NCBI GenBank assembly: GCA_029880275.1
Contig: JAOUOQ010000001.1
Location: 1 to 40,693, forward strand
Reading direction: 5' to 3'
Source: Candidatus Aminicenantes bacterium
GTDB lineage: Bacteria; Acidobacteriota; B3-B38; Guanabaribacteriales; B3-B38
Length of the DNA stretch: 40,693 nucleotides
This document shows positions 28,182 to 35,304 of the stretch, in pieces. Made by a program: the position numbers and the translations under genes. Position 1 is the stretch's first letter, and each line of letters begins with the position of its first letter. Below the pieces are notes generated by a model that made no database searches, was not told where the DNA came from, and worked only from the letters and a program-made list of their open reading frames with translations.

Positions 28182-28230
28182 CGTTGACTATTGCAGTATC
28201 CTCTGGTAAGATTAAACATACCGGTAAGGT

Positions 28231-28647
28231 TTGATAATTATGCCCGGGAAAAAGCGACGAACCTCATTAAAATACATCGACCAGTTGAAACCTATCGTCC
28301 CCCCGGTAGAAAGAGTGATTTCTCATCTAAACCGACGGATGATAGAAATCCTCTATCCGGAAAAACTAAGAGAAAAATTCACCATCACTATTGTCTTTGG
28401 TCACTCGAGAAAGAAGCAATATCGTGAAGCAGTAGAACTGGCAAAACAAGCCCCTTCTTATTATACCAAAGGAGAAGGACGCTGGCTAAAGCATTATGCT
28501 AAATACGACTCCCTTTCTGCTACCAAACTCTTCGAGCTAACCTCCCTCCTCGACAAATTTATCAAGTTCGAGGTTCTGGTACAGGATAAACCGCTTCCCT
28601 ATGGGCAAAACTTATGGCTGCCTCTTATGTGGATTTTCCTCCCTTAG
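28231..28647 (+). CDS. hypothetical basic protein
   Basis: 138-aa ORF with a Lys/Arg-rich N-terminus. No family recognised. Diverges from selA across only 49 nt, and its 3' end overlaps the hydrolase gene. Confidence 0.4.
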   Translation: MIIMPGKKRRTSLKYIDQLKPIVPPVERVISHLNRRMIEILYPEKLREKFTITIVFGHSRKKQYREAVELAKQAPSYYTKGEGRWLKHYAKYDSLSATKLFELTSLLDKFIKFEVLVQDKPLPYGQNLWLPLMWIFLP

Positions 28648-29436
28648 CTCCTCTTTCTCAGCGTTCTTCCCCGGCAAATGAATCTTCAGCCACTCCATAA
28701 TCATGCCCCCTGCTCCCTCCTCTTTCCACAGCAGCCTGTTGCCGTGACCCGCATTCCTGTATGTTTTCAAATCCTTTATCCCCTGTGCCAAAGAGTAGAG
28801 CTCATTGGCAGAAAATGCAGAGTAGACATCCTCTTCGCTGGCAATTAGCAGTACAGGACGCATTCTATAGCTGGTGATAGCACCTACGCAGCTCACTCCC
28901 CTATAATTCAATCCCGGGGAAATCAAGACCACAGCCCCTATCTGCCGATTCTGAGAAGCGTAATTAAGCGCCAGATTAGCGCCCATCTCTGTCCCCACTA
29001 TCCCTATCATATACGGGTCAATCTCGGCTCTGCTCTTCAGGAATTGAATCCCACTGGCTATATCCATTAGCATCCGACGAAAATCCTCGTCAGAAAAGCT
29101 CACCCATCTTATCAGCCGGTCGCCCTGCTGCATGGAATCGCCGTGACCCCTTAAATCGATGGTTAAGACCCCGTAGCCGTTCGCTTGCAAGAGCCGAGCA
29201 AGTCCTACCCAATCCAGCCGGGTACGGTTCATCCCATGCACAAGCAGTAGGGCGGGCGAGTCTCCTTTGCGGGGTGCATAATAGGTCCCCACAAGGTTAA
29301 CATTATCTTCGGTAGTAAGGTTTATATCACGGCTGGAATCTTCCTGGAGTGCCGGGCTGAAGATTCCACCTGTGGAAAGAAGCAAGCAACTGGCAAATAA
29401 AACTATGCCAAACCAGCCCTTCACCTTGCACCTCAT
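28612..29436 (-). CDS. secreted alpha/beta-fold hydrolase-like protein with non-canonical nucleophile elbow
   Basis: Signal peptide. LLLVHGMNRTRLDW...DLRGHGDS, elbow GIVGTEMGANLAL (Glu where Ser is expected), and later ASEEDV and NAGHG. Confidence 0.8.
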   Translation of the reverse strand: MRCKVKGWFGIVLFASCLLLSTGGIFSPALQEDSSRDINLTTEDNVNLVGTYYAPRKGDSPALLLVHGMNRTRLDWVGLARLLQANGYGVLTIDLRGHGDSMQQGDRLIRWVSFSDEDFRRMLMDIASGIQFLKSRAEIDPYMIGIVGTEMGANLALNYASQNRQIGAVVLISPGLNYRGVSCVGAITSYRMRPVLLIASEEDVYSAFSANELYSLAQGIKDLKTYRNAGHGNRLLWKEEGAGGMIMEWLKIHLPGKNAEKEELREENPHKRQP

Positions 29437-29520
29437 AGGAAAATATAATATCTTATTTCTTCGCTCTTATCAAGGGGATAACCTTGAGTGAAAGAAAGGT
29501 GAGAAGAAATCTCTTTCACG

Positions 29521-29551
29521 AAGAAACAAAATGGAAAGGGAGTTCCTTTCC
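29521..29551 (-). terminator. intrinsic terminator candidate downstream of the ABC-2 operon
   Basis: On the minus strand, GGAAAGG-AACTC-CCTTTCC (29551-29533) is followed by ATTTTGTTTCTT. Lies 79 nt after the ATPase stop codon. Confidence 0.4.
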
Positions 29552-29629
29552 ACCATTAATAATAGCTCTGCTTTGCAAGAGGAGAACTGAAAGAATCTTA
29601 TTTATTGAGCAAGGAAGGATTTCCAGTTG

Positions 29630-30361
29630 TTAGCCAGAGGCTTCTTTTACTACTTCACCCCTCATGTAATCGAGGTAGAGCTTTTCGAGGTTCTCCTTCT
29701 CCAGCTCCTCTTTGGTCATGATGCCCACCAGGCGTCCGGTCTTCATAATGCCGACCCGGTCGGCAATATCTTTCGCCCGGAAAATGTCGTGGGTGGACAT
29801 GAAAATAGCTCGATCCTCATCCTTGAGCTGACGAAGAATATCCAGGAACTCCGCCCCTGCCTTGGGGTCCAGCCCCACAGTGGGCTCGTCCAGCAGAATT
29901 GCCGGGGCGTTCTTACTTATGGCTATGGCAATGCCCAGCTTCTGCCGCATCCCCTTGGAGAAATGCTTGAGCCTTTGCTCAAAAGCCTTTTCTTGCAGCC
30001 CCACCTGGCGCATTATCTGGTAGTAATCCTCCCTGGTCATCTCCTTTCGTCCGCCCAGCTTGGTGAAGAAGTCGAGGTTCTGCCGGGCGGTGAAATTGCC
30101 GTAGAGCATCACATTCTCCGACACATAGGAGACATACTTCTTCGCTTCCAGGGGGTCTTTGGTCACATCAATGTTGTTTATCTTGGCAGTGCCTGAGGTG
30201 GGCTCAATGAAGTTCAGAAAGAGATTGATGACGGTGGTCTTCCCTGCCCCGTTGGCCCCTAAAAGGCAGAATATCTCTCCGCATTCCACCTTGAGGTTGA
30301 GATTGTCCACCGCCAGGAGACCATCCTCATAGCGTTTGCTCAGATTCATGGCTTCTAACAT
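29630..30361 (-). CDS. ABC transporter ATP-binding protein (ABC-2 subfamily type)
   Basis: GANGAGKTT, signature variant FSKGMRQKLGIAIA, ILLDEPTVGLD and STHD. GAGAGGA RBS before the ATG. Confidence 0.92.
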   Translation of the reverse strand: MLEAMNLSKRYEDGLLAVDNLNLKVECGEIFCLLGANGAGKTTVINLFLNFIEPTSGTAKINNIDVTKDPLEAKKYVSYVSENVMLYGNFTARQNLDFFTKLGGRKEMTREDYYQIMRQVGLQEKAFEQRLKHFSKGMRQKLGIAIAISKNAPAILLDEPTVGLDPKAGAEFLDILRQLKDEDRAIFMSTHDIFRAKDIADRVGIMKTGRLVGIMTKEELEKENLEKLYLDYMRGEVVKEASG

Positions 30362-30470
30362 AACTCTTATCCTCTCTTTTCATTCCGTAGTTCGTCCCAT
30401 ATTAAAAGGGAGAACATCAAGGGTAGTTAAAAAACCTTTCTACAAAACAAACTATTTTGCGAAAAATAGC

Positions 30471-32018
30471 TCAACGGCGGCTGAGCCTGATGCCGAAGAC
30501 CACAATACCCACCACCAGACCGACCAAGAACAAGACCAGAAGCGTGCTGCCCAAGATGTTGGCTTTTGCCTTGACATGAATCCTGATGGTCTTATCCTCG
30601 GTCTCTACCGGGCGATTATCGGCAATGGCTTCGGTTTTGAGCTTGGACTCGTAGTCCCCCACCCCCACATCTTCTGGAGGATTGAAAGCTATATTGACCA
30701 CCCTCTCCTTCTCCGGCATCAGGGAGGAGATTACATCGGGCTCTATCCTTGATTTCCACCGATAAGGAAGGTCGGTCTTCATGGTGATGTTGTCCAGCCG
30801 TCGGGTGCCCGTGTTGCGCACGGTGACCTCCATACTCAGCTCCTGGCCGGGGTCAATCTCATGGTAAAGGCTCACCGCTTCCACCTCGATCTTGCCCACC
30901 CCCTTGGGAATCAGCTCCAGTCTTACCACTCCGCCCTTTATTTCCTCTACCTCCTCTTTGGTGAAGTTATGAGCTTCTTTAGCGCTTAAATCCTCTGCCT
31001 CCCGCGGGTCTAAGACCAGGGCGTAAAATTCCATTTTCTTGTCGATGACTATCTGCTCATCGGCTCGCTTGGGCAGGTGGAGGGTGAGCGAGAGCTTCTT
31101 GCTGGTCACCCCTTCGGTGAACTTCACCTGCGATAGACGGGCACTGGTCTCCGTGTCAACAAACTCGTAGGATACCTGCTTGGGAAGATTGATAACCTTG
31201 AGCTTGAAGATATTGCTCTCGCTGGTGAACCTCTCCAGCAGAAGGTCGTAGGTGGCATCACCTTCTAAATTCGCCTCCTGAGAGAATTGGGAGGAGTTCA
31301 TGGTTACTATGTTGGCACTGGCGTCCTTCTGCAGATAAATCTGCTTCTCATCTAACTTATCCGCATAGTTGATGGAGACCACTACATTATCCACATCCTT
31401 CAGCAGAAGGAAATCAACATCTGCCTTGCCGTCATTGGGTAAGACCGGTATCCTCGCCTCATACGGCTCGGATATGATTGAGCCCTCGCTCTTCAGGGAG
31501 ACATACACATTGGTTAGCTTGCTGAGGTCCAGCCCGGCTGTGAGCGAGGGGTCCTCCTTCTGAAGAAACTCCAGCTGCTCCAGTGTAAAGGAACCTCCCG
31601 AGGAGTTCTTCAGGGTTAGCTTTACCCTCTTTTGCCCTTCAGAGGTTTGGTATTTTATCGCCTTGAGGATGGTCACATGGGGTCGGTCAAACACCACATT
31701 GAGCATGGCCTCCTGATAGGCTACGCGGGCGGTATAGTAGTCGGCTTCCGCTTTCTCAAATTCCTCACGGGGGATTAACTGTTTGTCGAAAAGGTCCTTC
31801 GCCCGATTATATTTCTGGCGGCGGTCCTCAAGAATAATCTGCGCTCTTTTCAATGCCAGAATCTTGAACCGCTCATCCCAACGCTGGCCTGTCTGAGGTA
31901 TTTGAGGTGTCTGGGGTGTCTGAGGAGCGACGGATGCCGAAGCCGCATGGAGAAAGAGGAGTAATGTAAGGATAAGTGCTCCCATTAAAAAAGTGTGCTT
32001 GTTCCACGAACCTTTCAC
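30471..32018 (-). CDS. secreted, C-terminally anchored protein: (PQT)4 linker, membrane-fusion-like helical hairpin, beta-rich modules, NEW3/CARDB-like domain
   Basis: Signal peptide ending ASA. KDLFDKQLIPREEFEKAEADYYTARVAYQEA resembles HlyD/MFP hairpins. ELSMEVTVRNTGTRRLDNITMKTDLPYRW...NPPEDVGVGDYESKLKTEA resembles NEW3/CARDB. C-terminal TM plus RLSRR. GTG start with AGGAG 7 nt upstream. Confidence 0.75.
   Translation of the reverse strand: MKGSWNKHTFLMGALILTLLLFLHAASASVAPQTPQTPQIPQTGQRWDERFKILALKRAQIILEDRRQKYNRAKDLFDKQLIPREEFEKAEADYYTARVAYQEAMLNVVFDRPHVTILKAIKYQTSEGQKRVKLTLKNSSGGSFTLEQLEFLQKEDPSLTAGLDLSKLTNVYVSLKSEGSIISEPYEARIPVLPNDGKADVDFLLLKDVDNVVVSINYADKLDEKQIYLQKDASANIVTMNSSQFSQEANLEGDATYDLLLERFTSESNIFKLKVINLPKQVSYEFVDTETSARLSQVKFTEGVTSKKLSLTLHLPKRADEQIVIDKKMEFYALVLDPREAEDLSAKEAHNFTKEEVEEIKGGVVRLELIPKGVGKIEVEAVSLYHEIDPGQELSMEVTVRNTGTRRLDNITMKTDLPYRWKSRIEPDVISSLMPEKERVVNIAFNPPEDVGVGDYESKLKTEAIADNRPVETEDKTIRIHVKAKANILGSTLLVLFLVGLVVGIVVFGIRLSRR
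31891..31926 (-). repeat. 4 x 9-nt tandem repeat encoding PQTPQTPQIPQT
   Basis: Plus-strand units gtctgaggt / atttgaggt / gtctggggt / gtctgagga, in frame within the 515-aa gene just after the signal peptide. Confidence 0.85.
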
Positions 32019-32059
32019 TGCTGCTCTCCTAAAAAACAGGATTTGCTAACTTTAATCTA

Positions 32060-32068
32060 ATTATACCA
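32060..32068 (-). promoter_or_regulatory. extended -10 promoter candidate (TGGTATAAT) for the 515-aa gene and ATPase
   Basis: The reverse complement of 32060-32068 reads TGGTATAAT. It sits about 42 nt upstream of GTG 32018, inside the 201-nt gap after permease A. There is no good -35. Confidence 0.35.
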
Positions 32069-32219
32069 CATTCCAGGAAGAATCTATAATCCTCTCGGTC
32101 TCTTTTGCCATTGGCAAGTCCAAGCAATAACCTTTACTATATAAGACGCAAAAATAGAAGGAATAGTTCTCTCTTTATGCCGCCAGCTTATTTGTAGCGC
32201 TCATTATAGTAGATTAATC

Positions 32220-33668
32220 TTAAAATCTGGGGTCGTATCGGATGAACAGCACAAAGGAGATCAGAAAGAAAATGATATTTAGCATAATCATATAAAATAT
32301 TCCCCAGAGATAATCTCCAAAATTGACCGGCATTTTTGCCTCTGGCTCTTCGGGTATTTTAAATTGAGCCTCATCCAATTTGATGTCACTAAAAGCATCT
32401 GGTGATAATCCTTTTATAACAAAATTACCAGACGAAACCCAAAAGCTTCGCTTTTTATCAGCTACCTTAAAAAGATTCTGTTTCTTATAGTCAAAAGCTA
32501 TATGCTGAAATTTCTCTCTGATATTTTCTGCCAATCTTTGAAGCAAAGCCTGGTGTGCATACCCTGTGCCGCCGGTCATTTCGCACAGCTTCTGATAAAA
32601 GAAAAAGGGGGATATCTTCGCTAACAAGAATTTTAATCGTATCTGCTCCTTAATTTTGTTCTGGAAATCTCTTTTCACTTTCGCCTCGGCATTTAGCATT
32701 TTGTTTTGTATAGAGAAATGCTTCTCGTAGATTTCTTTTTGCAATTGCTCTATTAATTTCTGCTTTTCCTCATCAGAGATAGGCTTAGTTAATATCGGCT
32801 CTAATAGTAAAGATGAAACACTTAATTGCCGAGAAAATGGCATCCTTGCATCTTTAATATTTTCCTCAAGGACAATGGGAGATGGGGAAGGCTTTACATA
32901 CTCACCGGCTATAAAGCTTAAGTTAGGAATTATAAAAATAAAGGCAATCCATATTAAAAGAGCAAAAAGCAGAGAGATGGATGAGCTTTTAAAGAGAACC
33001 GAGCAGAATATCCCCATCAAGCTTATCAGGGAGATGAATAACACAGATAGTATGAAAATTATAAGTATCTTATAAAAATCTGAGATGCTCAGATACACAT
33101 TCCCCATCACCCTCAATATCAGAACATCAATCAGCAGCCCCATCACCATCAGCACCGAGAGAAACATCACCACACTGATATACTTGCCGAGAAGGAGGGT
33201 TGATTTTCTTACCGGGTTGGACAGGGTCAATGCCAGAATGCCACTCTCCCTTTCCCCGGAAATCTCAGAATAGGTCAGCAGCAGCGCCAGTAGACTGATA
33301 AATACCCCTACCATAAATGTCCAATCGGGCTGGACAATGTCCTTCAAATAGGAGAGGGCATCAATCTTCTTGTACTCCTCCTCCACCAGAAAGGGAGTAA
33401 TCCTGAACACATCCGGCAGCCCCTTCTCACCCCCCTCGGATAAAAAGATTAACCTGGACGGCTTCTTAACATATTCTATGCTTTCAATGGAATATCCATC
33501 TCTTGCCGAGGCATTGAGCCTATGATAAACCCTTTGCCTTTGATTGATTTCATTGGAGTAATAGAGCCCGCTTAAGGAAATCAAAATTATTATCACCAGC
33601 AGAGATATGACCAGCCGTAGGTCCAGGAGGTATTTCCGCAGGGTATTTAAAATAATCAGCCGTTTCAT
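32220..33668 (-). CDS. ABC-2 family permease with long charged C-terminal insert (paralogue A)
   Basis: 482 aa. N-terminal TM, a loop, about 5 clustered TMs, a charged helical segment and a final TM. The first 38 and last 36 residues are identical to paralogue B. Confidence 0.85.
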   Translation of the reverse strand: MKRLIILNTLRKYLLDLRLVISLLVIIILISLSGLYYSNEINQRQRVYHRLNASARDGYSIESIEYVKKPSRLIFLSEGGEKGLPDVFRITPFLVEEEYKKIDALSYLKDIVQPDWTFMVGVFISLLALLLTYSEISGERESGILALTLSNPVRKSTLLLGKYISVVMFLSVLMVMGLLIDVLILRVMGNVYLSISDFYKILIIFILSVLFISLISLMGIFCSVLFKSSSISLLFALLIWIAFIFIIPNLSFIAGEYVKPSPSPIVLEENIKDARMPFSRQLSVSSLLLEPILTKPISDEEKQKLIEQLQKEIYEKHFSIQNKMLNAEAKVKRDFQNKIKEQIRLKFLLAKISPFFFYQKLCEMTGGTGYAHQALLQRLAENIREKFQHIAFDYKKQNLFKVADKKRSFWVSSGNFVIKGLSPDAFSDIKLDEAQFKIPEEPEAKMPVNFGDYLWGIFYMIMLNIIFFLISFVLFIRYDPRF

Positions 33669-33750
33669 CTATCTTAAATCGTATCTATTAAAGTTGTACA
33701 AAGATAGAAGCATCAGTATCACATTCCAGGATATTAATATAACAAATCCT
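33669..33750 (-). pseudogene. 82-nt relic of the 3' end of the 419-aa permease gene (duplication scar)
   Basis: The minus strand reads GFVILISWNVILMLLSLYNFNRYDLR-stop. The live gene end is GLVILISWNVILLLLSLYNFNRYDLR-stop (35305-35386). The relic TAG abuts the ATG of paralogue A exactly as at the live junction. Confidence 0.85.
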
Positions 33751-35304
33751 TCAAAATCTTGGGTCGTATCTGATAAACAGCACAAAGGAGATGAGAAAGA
33801 AAATGATATTTAGCATAATCATATAAAATATTCCCCAAAGATAATCTCCAAAATTGACCGGTATCCCTGTTTCCGGCTCATCGGGTATTTTAAATTGACC
33901 CTCTTCCAATTTGATGTCACTTAAATCTGAGTAGGCGGATAATTTTTTTATTACAAAAGCTCCATCCTCAGCAAGTATATTGAGCATTGTTTTTATATCT
34001 AGAATCTCTCCCTGTGCGTATGCACCTGGCTCTTTGGGTAATAAGTCATTTAGCCTAGACTTGCCAAGCCAAGCGAACCCAGATGGTGATTCATCAGATT
34101 CTTTTATAAGATACTGTTTTTGCTGGGCAAGAGCTACAGGTTGAAATTGCTCTTTAATATTTTCTGCCAATCTTTGAAGCAAAGCCTGATGTGCATACCC
34201 GGTGCTGCCGGTCATTTCGCACAGATTTTGATAAAGGAAAAAGGGGGATATCTTCGCTAACAGAAATTTCAATCGTATCTGCTCCTTAATTTTGTTCTGG
34301 AAATCTCTTTTCACTTTCGCCTCTGCTTGTAGCCTTTCATTCCTTACAGAGAAATGCTTCTCATAGATTTCTTTTTGCAATTGCTCTACTAATATCCGCT
34401 TCTGCTCATCAGGGATAGGCTTATTCACTATCGGCTCTAATAATGAATCCGAAATAGATATACGACCACGAAATTGGTCATTTGCAATTCTAATGTTCTC
34501 CTCCAGAACAATTGGAGATGGGGCAGGCCTCACATACTCACCGGCGATAAAGCTTAAATTCGGTATTACAAAAATGAAAGCAATCCATATCAAAAGAGCA
34601 AAAAGTAGAGAAATGGATGAGCTTTTAAAGAGAACCGAACAGAATATCCCCATCAAGCTGATAAGGGAGATAAATAAAACAGATAATATGAAAATTATCA
34701 GGATTTTATAAAAATCTGAGATGCCTAGATACACATTCCCTATAATCCTCAATATCAGAACATCAATCATCAACCCCATCAGCAGCAGCACGGAGAGAAA
34801 CACCACCGCACTGATATACTTGCCGAGAAGGAGGTCGGATTTTCTCACCGGATTGGATATGGTTAATGCCAGAATGCCGCTCTCCCTTTCCCCGGAGATC
34901 TCAGAATAGGTCAGCAGCAGCGCCAGCAGGCTGATAAATACCCCCACTATAAAGGTCCAATCGGGCTGGATGATGTCCTTCAAATAGGAGAGGGCATCAA
35001 TCTTCTTATATTCTTCCTCTACCACAAAGGGGGTAATCCTGAACACATCCGGCAGTCCCTTCTCACCCCCCTCGGATAAAAAGATCAGTTTAGCCGGCTT
35101 TTTCACATACTCTATGCTCTCAATGGAAGATTCATCTCTTGCTAAAGTATTAAGTCTATTATAAACCCTTTGCCTTTGATTGATTTCATGCGAGTAATAA
35201 AGCCCGCTTAAGGATATGAGTATTATTATCACCAGCAGAGATATGACCAGCCGTAGGTCCAGGAGGTATTTCCGCAGGGTATTTAAAATAATCAGCCGTT
35301 TCAT
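33751..35304 (-). CDS. ABC-2 family permease with long charged C-terminal insert (paralogue B)
   Basis: 517 aa, collinear with paralogue A, with an extra segment of about 35 aa in the C-terminal soluble region. Its ATG immediately follows the TAG of the upstream permease gene. Confidence 0.85.
   Translation of the reverse strand: MKRLIILNTLRKYLLDLRLVISLLVIIILISLSGLYYSHEINQRQRVYNRLNTLARDESSIESIEYVKKPAKLIFLSEGGEKGLPDVFRITPFVVEEEYKKIDALSYLKDIIQPDWTFIVGVFISLLALLLTYSEISGERESGILALTISNPVRKSDLLLGKYISAVVFLSVLLLMGLMIDVLILRIIGNVYLGISDFYKILIIFILSVLFISLISLMGIFCSVLFKSSSISLLFALLIWIAFIFVIPNLSFIAGEYVRPAPSPIVLEENIRIANDQFRGRISISDSLLEPIVNKPIPDEQKRILVEQLQKEIYEKHFSVRNERLQAEAKVKRDFQNKIKEQIRLKFLLAKISPFFLYQNLCEMTGSTGYAHQALLQRLAENIKEQFQPVALAQQKQYLIKESDESPSGFAWLGKSRLNDLLPKEPGAYAQGEILDIKTMLNILAEDGAFVIKKLSAYSDLSDIKLEEGQFKIPDEPETGIPVNFGDYLWGIFYMIMLNIIFFLISFVLFIRYDPRF

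Noticed and set aside
26757-28230. Looked for a tRNA-Sec (selC) or any tRNA near selA and in the other intergenic regions (18896-19285, 20294-20745, 22354-22730, 29437-29629, 32019-32219, 36565-36842, 37290-37594).
   Set aside because: No GTTCGAATC/GGTTCRANYC-type T-arm or cloverleaf-compatible segment was seen by eye. A tRNAscan-SE or Infernal run would be decisive.
30452-30469. Hairpin CTATTTT-GCGA-AAAATAG right after the stop of the 515-aa gene with a T-rich tail on the minus strand, a possible attenuator before the ATPase gene.
   Set aside because: The 7-bp stem is almost entirely A-T and probably too weak. The ATPase would also be needed stoichiometrically with the upstream genes.
32105-32117. 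TGGCA-containing palindrome considered as a sigma54 -24/-12 promoter.
   Set aside because: The spacing between GG and GC elements does not fit TGGCAC-N5-TTGC on either strand.
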